Assembly (NCBI GenBank): GCA_001275005.1
Contig: JWZX01003377.1
Coordinates: 48,152-68,151, forward strand
Length of the DNA stretch: 20,000 nucleotides
Origin: Chrysochromulina tobinii
Lineage: Eukaryota
Direction: 5' to 3'
Shown here piece after piece: positions 10,757 to 19,284 of this stretch. How positions within the stretch are numbered: position 1 is the stretch's first letter; each line of letters opens with the position of its first letter. The notes under the pieces were generated by a model. That model saw only the letters and a list, made by a program, of their open reading frames with translations. It was not told the DNA's origin and searched no databases. The position numbers were made by a program, and so were the translations under genes.

Positions 10757-10809
<53 letters not shown>

Positions 10810-11353
10810 CGAGCAGCCTCTCTGCGCTGCTGCGAGGCCGGCGCCGCCGCTCGCCGCCGCGCATTTCGGCAGCGCGACGCTCGGCTGCCGCCTGTGCCGC
10901 CAACTCCGCCTCCTCTGCTGCTGCAGCGGCCACCTGCTCCGCTGCTTGAGCCTCGGCAGCGGCTCTCTCCGCGGCTGCAAGACGTTGCTTGCGCTCAGCG
11001 TCAGCGGCAGCCGCTCGCTTTGCAGCAGCGGCTGCTGCCACGTCGGCTACGCTCGCCGCCGCCGATACCGCCCAGCCCTTTTTCGGCCGGTTGGGAGGGG
11101 CGATACGTGGCAGCGGCGAAAGCGGGATCTCGGCATCCAGCTGGCGTAGCTCAGTGTCCAGCTTGAAGCGCTCCGCCTTCTTTTGCAGTTTGCGCAGCCG
11201 CCTATCTATCGGATCAGGCGGCGCAGAATTGGCTTTTGGATGTCGTCTAGACACCGCCGCGGGCCGCTCTGCCCTGGGGTCGGCCAGAGTCGACCGCATT
11301 AGTCGTCCGTCCGGGGGCCAATTACCGTCATCATCCAGCCCCTCCTTTCTCAT
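9683..11353 (-). CDS. Hypothetical low-complexity/coiled-coil protein (~556 aa) with polyQ/polyH
   Basis: Long ORF. First ATG at 11353, with an in-frame stop at 11420-11422 upstream. Ala/Glu/Arg-rich helical segments and Q15-HY-H5. No family recognised; an upstream exon cannot be excluded. Confidence 0.65.
10760..10804 (-). repeat. Pure (CAG)15 coding microsatellite (polyQ)
   Basis: 15 uninterrupted ctg triplets on the + strand, adjacent to His codons. Confidence 0.95.
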
Positions 11354-11597
11354 TGTGAGGGTCACCCGCACTTCGCCGAGCGCGCCCGACTCCCCTGTGG
11401 GGAAAACGGGGAGTAGTGGTCATCATCTTCAATTCCGAAGAGAGCTCACACTCGGACTTGCTTGGGCGGGTTGAAAGAATGGAGAGAGATTCGTGACTGT
11501 TATCTGTTTGGGATTGTTTAGGGGGCAGGTGGTGCCGTCCGCCGGTGGGTCGGGCAAAAATACTCACCAAGTAACGTACTTGGACTGCCAACGAGAG

Positions 11598-13079
11598 CTA
11601 GCCCACACCGCGGCTAACGTCTGTCGAATCTGCCTCGACGCGCGAGCACTTTGCGGGCCGTTGCTCATCTAGATCCTCGGGCTCGGCAACTGCCGCGGCG
11701 TCTGACCGGCCCACCGCCTCTGCCTCATCCGCTGCGACCGGCACGGGCGCCCCCTCAGCTCCCGACCAGTGGTCGGGGCGACCGACCACATCCTTCGCGT
11801 GCTGCTTGGTCGCCTTATAACGACCCTCCCCCGGCTTGAGCGTCGGTAACGACGCTCCGGGCTTCCACCAGTTGGGCTTGCGCCGCCACGAATTGGCCGT
11901 CAGCTCGATGGCCGCGGGCAGGTCGGGTGGCGGCTCGAGGATCGCTGGGCAGAAGGCACCCCCCGGCTGCGTGAAGTGCGGGTGCGCAGCGCACGCGGCG
12001 GCCGCTGCATGCAAGTCAGCGAGCGTCTTCGCGGATTGGATGAGCCGGAAGGGCTCGAGCTTCCCCGCGCCCTCCAGCATGAGCATCGCCGTGTACTTGA
12101 GGTTGCCTAGTGGGCACTGAGTCGCCTCACCGAGCTCAAAGTAGCGCTTGACGCACTCCGCCTGTGTGAGCATGGTGTGAATGGTTGGAGGCGCAGCCGG
12201 CGGCGCGGCGGTGGCAGCCGCAGCAACGGCGGCAGCAGCGGCAGCGGCGGCACCACCAGCTCGAGTCACATCCCATCCGTCGACGAGCAGCGAGGACGAC
12301 CGGAATATGGACGGGTTCCACAGCGCACCACGCGCGAGCATGAGTGAGTCCGCGCCGGTGATCGCGAGCGCTCGTGGCACGTCCTCTGGCGCGAAGACGT
12401 CACCGTTGAGGATGACCGGCAGCGAGCGTGGCAGCGTCTCGCGCAGGATGGCGAACTGATCCCACTGTGCCCAGTGTCGCGGCCGATCGTGACGCCGGCG
12501 CGCGTGCACGGCAAGCGCAGACACGCCGCACGACTCGATGAGCTTAGCCAGCTCGATCGTCTCCTGAGTCGCATCGAGTAAACGGATCTTGCATGTGAGG
12601 GGCATCGACGCGGGCAGGTTGCGCCGCAGCGTCGTCAAGATATCGCGGATACGCTCAGGCTGTGAGAGCAGCGCCGACCCCATGCCGCCCTGCACAGAAA
12701 ACTTGACCGGGCAACCCATGTTGATGTCAATGGCTCGCACATCTGCGGCTGCGACCTGGGCGGCCAGCAGTGCTGCTGGGCCCGACGCAGTGCCGAGCTG
12801 CAGGACCACGCGTTCGTTCGGCGTGGTTCGAAAGACCACACGCCCGCCACCGCGCTCGTTGTTCGACTCAAAGTCGACGGTGCCGAGTGCTGCATTCACC
12901 ACGCGCTTCGACTCGGACAAGCACCGATCCACGATTTCCTCGGAATACACCATCGACGCGCCCTGCTCGGCACAGAGCGTACGAAAGGCGAGCGAGTTGA
13001 TGCGCACCATCGGGGCCAGAATCATCGCATTGCGGTACGACCATGTGTCGTCAGCATCGTGCACAGCGCAGCCTGCCAT
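11598..13079 (-). CDS. DUS2: tRNA-dihydrouridine(20) synthase, DUS2-like (493 aa)
   Basis: ILAPMVR, GASMVYSEEIVD, KRVVNAALGTVDF, VVFRT, VVLQLGT, IDINMGCP (catalytic Cys), GGMGSALL, TCKIRLL, AVHARRR, VILNGDVF and MLARGALWNPSIF are colinear with human DUS2 as remembered. ATG at 13079. Confidence 0.93.
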   Translation of the reverse strand: MAGCAVHDADDTWSYRNAMILAPMVRINSLAFRTLCAEQGASMVYSEEIVDRCLSESKRVVNAALGTVDFESNNERGGGRVVFRTTPNERVVLQLGTASGPAALLAAQVAAADVRAIDINMGCPVKFSVQGGMGSALLSQPERIRDILTTLRRNLPASMPLTCKIRLLDATQETIELAKLIESCGVSALAVHARRRHDRPRHWAQWDQFAILRETLPRSLPVILNGDVFAPEDVPRALAITGADSLMLARGALWNPSIFRSSSLLVDGWDVTRAGGAAAAAAAAVAAAATAAPPAAPPTIHTMLTQAECVKRYFELGEATQCPLGNLKYTAMLMLEGAGKLEPFRLIQSAKTLADLHAAAAACAAHPHFTQPGGAFCPAILEPPPDLPAAIELTANSWRRKPNWWKPGASLPTLKPGEGRYKATKQHAKDVVGRPDHWSGAEGAPVPVAADEAEAVGRSDAAAVAEPEDLDEQRPAKCSRVEADSTDVSRGVG

Positions 13080-13215
13080 GCGCACACGCTGTGAAAGGGC
13101 GGTGAATTGGCTGTTAACAGCTGCTCACCCTATCTCCCGAAACATCTCCTTTTTTCTTCATATAAGTCTTTGTTTTGACCACACATGAAATTGGTCCACA
13201 CTGACCGCTAACAAA
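13080..13215. promoter_or_regulatory. Putative bidirectional promoter between DUS2 and the Skp1-F-box-LRR gene
   Basis: 136-bp AT-richer gap between two divergent ATGs, containing a T-tract and catataag. Confidence 0.5.
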
Positions 13216-16200
13216 ATGACTGACGGTCAGGAGCGCGTGCGCTTGCGGGCGCGCGAGGGCGAGGCTGTCGAGTGGACGCGCCGGGTGGCCCAGCAAGCAG
13301 GCACGCTCAAAGACATGATGGACGACGCTCCAACCGAAGATGGCGTCTACCCGGTGCCGATGATTGCAGCGGCAGAGCTGGCAGTGCTCCGGGAGATGTG
13401 CGAGGCCGACTCCATGCCGGCTCGGCTCGAGCAGTGCTCGATCTCGGAGCTCTTCAGGCTCGTCGAGGGCGCCAGCTTCCTCGACGCCCCAAGGGCGCTC
13501 AATCATGCGCAGTGCGCCCTCGGCACACGCCTCAACGGCAAATGTGCCAATGAGCTGAGAGAGCTGCTCGGCGCAACGGAAGGCTTTGGCAATGCGGATG
13601 AACGTGTGGCGGCACTCGCCGAGCCGGCGTTCTCGCCGGAGGGACAGCTGTCAGAAGCCACGGTGGGCTCTGCGGGGGGAGCACCCGCGCTGCTCCAACC
13701 GCAGCCCTCGCTGTCGGGGATGGCAGTCACAGACGATGCCAAGGAGGTGGCGCTGGGCATGGTCGACGTGGGCACGCTGGTCGAGCTCAAGGGCGTGAGC
13801 CAATCGTGGTTGGCGCTCGCGCGGCGCGTGCTCTGCTCCCGCCTCAGCCGCTGCGAGGGTCAGCCCGCGCCGACTCAGATGGCTGAGATCACCGATCTCA
13901 ACATCAAGGTCCTCGTCGACGCGGGCCGGCCATGGGAGGCGGCGGCGGCGGGGAGGATGCTGCCCAACCTGGCCCGATTGCGTTGGGAGGGCTTCGAGGT
14001 GAGTGTGGCCGCGGTCCGCGAGGTGGATCTGGACGAGAGGGATGAGGACGAGGACGAGGAGGAGGGCCTGTTCTTTGGTGGCCCTGCCGAGAGGCCACGG
14101 AGGGCTTGGAAGCTCCTTGGAAGCTACACTGCTCTCCTCAGCTGCATCGAGGGAGAGGGCGAGCCGCCGCTCGAGCTACTGCTTGCAGCTGTCGCCTGCG
14201 CCGGCTCTGGCGAGATTCGCGGCATACCGGTGCAGATGATGCGCGACGACTCCGTCTCTGAGCTCGACCTGCAAAAGATAAATATCGGCGTCGAGGGTGG
14301 CATGCTTCTTGCGCACCTCGTGCCTGTCATGGGCAGGCTGACAGTGGCCAACCTCCTGGGCAATCAGCTTGATGCGGAGTCCGCCAAGATACTCGCTGAG
14401 GTCGCCAAGCAGAAGGGCATCTCGCTCTGCGGCATCCAGCGCGACCAGACCACCGCTGACTTCTCCAACCAGGACCTCAAGCCGCCCGATGCGATCCTGC
14501 TGGGGTCGGACCTGTCACAGGCTGTTGTCACAGACGGGCTGACGAGCATCAACCTCTCCGGAAACCAGATGTGCGGCATTTGGACTGTCTGGAGCAACCA
14601 ACTAGGCACCTACACCGCAGAGGGCATCACTGCAATCGCCGACGCCCTGCGTGTTAATGGCGCATTGACGTCCGTCAAGCTCAGGGGCAACGAGCTCGGG
14701 GACGAGGGTTGGGGAGCCATCTTTGCCGCCATCTGCGCCAACAAGGACAGCAAGATCATGTCCTTGGATGCGTCCGGTGAGAACATCGGCCTTGCTGGTG
14801 GCAAGCTGATCGCCAAGGCGCTCTGCACGAGCGTCACAGGCACATTGACGTCCTTCAATCTCAGGGGCAACAAGCTCGGGGAAGAAGGCTGGGGCGCCAT
14901 CTTTGCCGCCATCTGCGGCAGCAAGGACAGCAAGATCATGTCCTTGGATGCGTCCGGTGAGAACATCGGCCTTGCTGGTGGCAAGCTGATTGCCAAGGCG
15001 CTCCGCACGAGCGTCACAGGCGGGCTGACGGCCCTGAATTTGTCCTTGAACAGCCTCAAGGATGAGGGCGTAAGCGCAGTCTGCAAGGCCATCCAGAGCA
15101 ACAAGGAGACCAAGATTGCGTCACTCAACTTCGAGGACAACGGCATCGTCGGGCCAGTTGGAGCAAACGCTGTGGCGGCTATGGTGGCCGTAACAGGCGC
15201 ACTGACGTCCGTCAAGCTCAGGGGCAACGAGCTCGGGGACGAAGGCTGGGGCGCCATCTTTGCCGCCATCTGCGGCAGCAAGGACAGCAAGATCATGTCC
15301 TTGGATGCGTCCGGTGAGAACATCGGCCTTGCTGGTGGCAAGCTGATCGCCAAGGCGCTCCGCACGAGCGTCACAGGCGGGCTGACGGCCCTGAATTTAT
15401 CCTTGAACAGCCTCAAGGATGAGGGCGTAAGCGCAGTCTGCAAGGCCATCCAGAGCAACAAGGAGACCAAGATTGCGTCGCTCAACTTCGGGAGCAATTG
15501 TATCGGTCCAGTTGGAGCAAACGCTGTGGCGGCTATGGTAGCCGTCACAGGCGCGCTGAAGAGCATCAACCTCTCCGGAAACCAGCTGTGCGGCATCTGG
15601 ACTGGATGGAGAGGCCAACAACATGGCACCTACACCGCAGAGGGCGTCACTGCAATCGCCGACGCCCTGCGCGTTAATGGCGCGCTGACGAAGCTGTCGC
15701 TCGCCCACAACAATTTGGGGGAGGAGGGCACCAAGGCCATTTGCGAGGCACTAGAACAGAACACGACGCTTAAGGAGCTCGACATCCGCGACAGCGACAT
15801 TGGTGGTTCAGCAGGAGCCAAGCACGTGGCCAAGATGGTAGGCGTCAATGGCGCACTGACGAACGTCGAGCTCAGGCGCAACCATCTCGGGGACAAGGGA
15901 TGGGGTGCCATCTTTGCCGCCATTTGCGGGAACAAGGACAGCAAGATCATGTCTTTGGACGCGGCCGCCGAGAGCATTGGCCCTGCTGGTGTCAAGCTGA
16001 TCGCAGAGGCGCTCCGCTCGAGCGTCACAGGCGCCTTGACACAGGTGCTCGCTTTCTGAACCCCCTTGATTGGCCTTTTCTGTTACTCTAATCCTTGCCT
16101 TTGCTTGAATGGTATTGCAGCTGGACCTCTTAAGCAACCAGCTGTGCGGCCTCGATCGTTATGGCGAAGGAACTTACACTGCAGAGGGCATCACAGCGTT

Positions 16201-16401
16201 TGCCGACGCTCTGCGCGTCAACAGCGCACTTACGAAAATCGAGTAAGCTGCAACCCAAGTCTTCTCGAATTCCTGTAACTGAAATCATCATCAACCCTTC
16301 GCTCTATGCACAGGTTGAGTGGCAATTTCTTGCATGACGATGCAAAGAGCCGTCTGAGAAAGGCTGTGGAAGGGAAGGAAGGGTTTGTGCTGGAGCTGTG
16401 A
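13216..16401 (+). CDS. Skp1-like + F-box-like + RI-type (NLRC3-like) leucine-rich-repeat protein. Exons 13216..16044, 16121..16242 and 16314..16401; ~1012 aa
   Basis: The N-terminus aligns by eye with Skp1 and is followed by an F-box-like motif and about 18 LxxLxLxxNxLGxEG repeats. Two GT-AG introns extend the LRR array beyond the ORF-track stop: ...VTGALTQ|LDLLSNQLCGLDRYGEGTYTAEGITAFADALRVNSALTKIE|LSGNFLHDDAKSRLRKAVEGKEGFVLEL*. Stop TGA at 16399-16401. Confidence 0.88.
13231..13632 (+). other. Skp1 domain (POZ/BTB plus C-terminal F-box-binding helices)
   Basis: Aligned blocks, this protein versus human Skp1 from memory: VRLRAREGE/IKLQSSDGE; AQQAGTLKDMMDD/AKQSVTIKTMLED; YPVPMIAAAELAVLREMC/VPLPNVNAAILKKVIQWC; LFRLVEGASFLD/LFELILAANYLD; LNGKCANELRELLGATEGF/IKGKTPEEIRKTFNIKNDF. 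Confidence 0.8.
13726..13833 (+). other. F-box-like motif
   Basis: VTDDAKEVALGMVDVGTLVELKGVSQSWLALARRVL has the spacing of LPDEILxxIFxxLxxxDLxxxxxVSKxWxxLA. The Leu-Pro start is degenerate. Confidence 0.6.
14539..16229 (+). repeat. Modular LRR cassette array A-B-B-C-B-C-A-D-B-A
   Basis: A1 14539-14664; B1 14665-14844; B2 14845-15024; C1 15025-15201; B3 15202-15381; C2 15382-15555; A2 15556-15684; D 15685-15855; B4 15856-16035; A3 16036-16229 (intron-split). B1-B3 and C1/C2 are near-identical at the DNA level. Confidence 0.9.
16045..16120 (+). other. Spliceosomal intron, 76 nt, phase 0
   Basis: CAG|GTGCTC donor, CTAAT branch-like site near 16088, TTGCAG| acceptor. AT-rich, and removal restores the LRR. 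Confidence 0.85.
16243..16313 (+). other. Spliceosomal intron, 71 nt, phase 2
   Basis: GA|GTAAGC donor and GCACAG|G acceptor. Removal gives the terminal LRR LTKIELSGNFL. Confidence 0.8.
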
Positions 16402-16445
16402 GTTCTTGACCGGAAGGATACTCTCGAGTCGCTCGTGCGTCTGCC

Positions 16446-16451
16446 AATAAA
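16446..16451 (+). promoter_or_regulatory. Possible polyadenylation signal AATAAA
   Basis: AATAAA begins 45 nt after the end of the spliced LRR gene's stop codon. Confidence 0.35.
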
Positions 16452-17039
16452 ACAGAATGGCACTGTGGGCTGTCGACGGAGATTAACGGAGAACTTACTG
16501 GGTAGGATAAGTAGGTGCCAACAAATTTCCGATCTTACGGTGTCGGGATGCGTCACACGTGAGCGTGCCGTGACCATTTGGCGAGGGCGTCTCGTCCGGT
16601 CTGGGTATAAAGTATGCAAAGTATGGGTAACGGTCGTGCGCGCCGGTCGTGTGTGTACACCTCCCGGTTGCCGGTACCGCGGTAACACGCCTCACGCGCG
16701 GCGGTACGCACCGCACACATGACGCTCACATCCACCGATCGCCTAACTGATCGGATGGATCCATCGGATCACTTCCATGGATGGATCGCCACGACCGATG
16801 CCTCTGTGGGCAGTGCAACACCATACACCCATGCATACACCTCGCCCGTCGGCGTCGCCGCTGGGCCATAGCTCTATTTTAAAATGCAAGTGCGTCGCGA
16901 ACGTCACACGATGGATAATGCATGCGGCAAACATGGCTTCGAGGGGTGCGCCACATATCACTGACCACACGACGAGAGCCCGACCCCTGCGGAACTCCGG
17001 TGCCACGCGCCTCGTCTGCGAGGCCCCTGGCCGTCGCGG

Positions 17040-18779
17040 TCACTGGCACGGGCGGAAGTATTTTCCCGCGGTCATCTTCATAGCGCCGATACGGTCCTTC
17101 CACTTGTGGTCCGTGAGTGCGGTGGAGATGCGCGTGTTCAGCTGCTGGTACATGAGGGCGAGCTTCTGTGAGCCCACACTCGGGTTCGGCGAGAACATGT
17201 TCTTTCGTAACTTGCGCTCCTTCGCGAAGCCAGGCGCCATGATGAGCAGCTGGAAGAAGGGCTTGATGATCTGGTACGTGTAGTCCTGCCAGCAGCGCTC
17301 GAAGTCGTAGCCAGTGACCCCAAACTCGAGGAGGGCCTCGTGGTAGCATCGGACGAGAACGTGCTCGTGCTCGCGCCGCGCTTCGACGGGCATGCCGCCC
17401 GCGATGATCGTCGAGACGTCGCCCAACGGCTGGCCTAGCATCGTGAGCCCAAAGTCGATCCACGTGCACCCGCCCTCGTACTCCGGACTGAAGAAGACAT
17501 TCTCGAGGTGCGCGTCGCCGTGGACGAGTGTGAGCGGCTCGCGGAACATCTCGCGCACGGCGGCGAGCCGCCGGCGCCGCAGGACCGGGCGCAGCTCCAT
17601 GATGAACTGCGCGTACTCGGACGCGAACTTGGGCACGCCGTCGTACTTCGGGTGCGTCGAGAAGCAGTGCGGCAGCGCCTTGAGCCCATTCTTAAACATG
17701 AGCATCCACGCGGTGATCGCGATGCACGACGGGAACTTGGGCAGCGGCCCTCCTGCGGTGAACGGGTGCGAGTAATGCTTGAGCACGCTTGCCTGCGGGT
17801 GCTGCCACCAGCGCGCGTGGAAGCGCGCGAGCGAGCGCATCGCCAGCCGCATGTGATGAGGCGAGTTGCACCCATCGACGCGCTTGTAGCACACGGTCGG
17901 CGCTTCCCTCGTCCCCGCAGCACTCTCCATGATGATGCAGTATTGGCGCTTGCCGCAGCAGCCGCTGCCCTTGCAGTAGCCCACGTAGAGCGCCTCCGGT
18001 CGATTGAGCCCTCCCGCCTCCACGCTCGTGTCGTTGTAAAAGTGCGCCTCCGTGCCAAAGACCTGGGCGAGCTCGACCGCCGACAAGTCCGGCGGCGAGA
18101 ACTTGGCGACAAGGTGGCGCGCGAGGCGCGGCGCGGCCCCTTTGGCGCCATCGTTCACCTCAATCGCGAGCAGCACGAGCTCGCTGAACTCGCCCTCGCC
18201 CTCGCCGAGCGGCTTCATGATCAACTTGGTCACCTTCTCGTCCGCCCCCAGCGCCCCTTTGAATCGGAAAGCCTTCGTACACCACTCCTTGGTGAGGTCG
18301 GCGGTGCCCGACGGCACGGGCACCTCATGCTTCTTGCCGTCGAGCGGCCGGAAACTGGGCGGCCGCATGTCCTCTAGATTGGACGGCGGCACGCACTTGT
18401 GCAGCGGCTTCGGCGTGAAGCCGATGGATTCAGCGAGCAACGGCGGAGGCGGCACTGGCTGCGGCGGAGGCGGACCCACACGCCACGAGACGGGGCCCAC
18501 GGGCGTGAGGCCGACGCTCTCGTAGTACGAGGGCTCGAGTGCGCCCGCCATCGACACCGGCTGCTGCAGGGTCACGGCCGTGTGCGACACGACGTCCAGG
18601 CCGCTCGACCCATTGGCCTCTTTGGCCGTGGGGGCCTTGGGCTCCGCGGACTCCGGCGCTGGCGCCTCGACCGCCATCTGGCTGTCGGGCACCTCCGACT
18701 GGAAGAAGGCGCGAACCTGGTCCGTGATGATGTCGGGCCTCTGGGACCTGTGCACGGCTTGATCACTCGCGATTGACAT
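17040..18779 (-). CDS. Ecdysteroid-kinase-like (EcKL)/aminoglycoside-choline phosphotransferase family protein (~579 aa) with Pro-rich N-terminal extension
   Basis: Gly loop LGEGEGEFS, LVAKF (catalytic Lys), EAHFY, IIMES, LARFHARWW, Brenner motif TLVHGDAHLENVFF, WIDFG, GQPLGDVS and YHEALLEFGVTGYDFERCWQDY. First ATG at 18779; alternative at 18677. Confidence 0.85.
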   Translation of the reverse strand: MSIASDQAVHRSQRPDIITDQVRAFFQSEVPDSQMAVEAPAPESAEPKAPTAKEANGSSGLDVVSHTAVTLQQPVSMAGALEPSYYESVGLTPVGPVSWRVGPPPPQPVPPPPLLAESIGFTPKPLHKCVPPSNLEDMRPPSFRPLDGKKHEVPVPSGTADLTKEWCTKAFRFKGALGADEKVTKLIMKPLGEGEGEFSELVLLAIEVNDGAKGAAPRLARHLVAKFSPPDLSAVELAQVFGTEAHFYNDTSVEAGGLNRPEALYVGYCKGSGCCGKRQYCIIMESAAGTREAPTVCYKRVDGCNSPHHMRLAMRSLARFHARWWQHPQASVLKHYSHPFTAGGPLPKFPSCIAITAWMLMFKNGLKALPHCFSTHPKYDGVPKFASEYAQFIMELRPVLRRRRLAAVREMFREPLTLVHGDAHLENVFFSPEYEGGCTWIDFGLTMLGQPLGDVSTIIAGGMPVEARREHEHVLVRCYHEALLEFGVTGYDFERCWQDYTYQIIKPFFQLLIMAPGFAKERKLRKNMFSPNPSVGSQKLALMYQQLNTRISTALTDHKWKDRIGAMKMTAGKYFRPCQ

Positions 18780-19284
18780 TGCTACGAGGTGCGAGGAATC
18801 GGCGTCGCGTCGTTTCGCCAAAGGCGCCGAGACGGGCACTTAGTCAATCAAATTCCTGTGCTTCCTGCCAAACCTCGAGACCACCACGCGCACGAGTGTC
18901 CTCTCGCTCTGGGACGCAACCCCCTGGACGTGCACCCTGGACGCACCGCCGGTCCCGGTCGGTCGACACCGTCTTGCAGCCCGACACCAACTTGCAAACC
19001 GACACACAGGAAACAGAGCCTACAACTCCACTCACTCACTGGCGGCGGCGGCGGAAGCGGTGTGGCCCTCGTGATGCTTCTCTTCCTCGCGGAGGCAGTA
19101 CACGCGTAGTACACGCGTGTACCCGGTGTAGGGGATGTGAACATCAATAAGAGATCAGCCAATTGACGTACTCGTGGCAGGAGTGGACCGGCAAGGATTC
19201 GGTCAGCAAGGAGCAGGCGGCTTTCAAGCAGGAGCACGACGCTATTCACCCCCAAGGCATTACTAGTGTTGCCTGTACCATCGA

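Noticed and set aside
14364..16028. Continuous antisense ORFs over the LRR array
   Set aside because: They mirror the sense codons of the repeats; there is no independent evidence of coding.
14250..16401. Calling the LRR gene NLRC3/NOD-like receptor or RanGAP
   Set aside because: No NACHT/NB-ARC P-loop is visible and only the LRR class is shared; the N-terminus is Skp1/F-box-like.
16435..17039. Small ORFs, ncRNA or transposon in the LRR-EcKL gap
   Set aside because: No recognisable protein motif, tRNA cloverleaf, terminal inverted repeats or target-site duplication could be identified.
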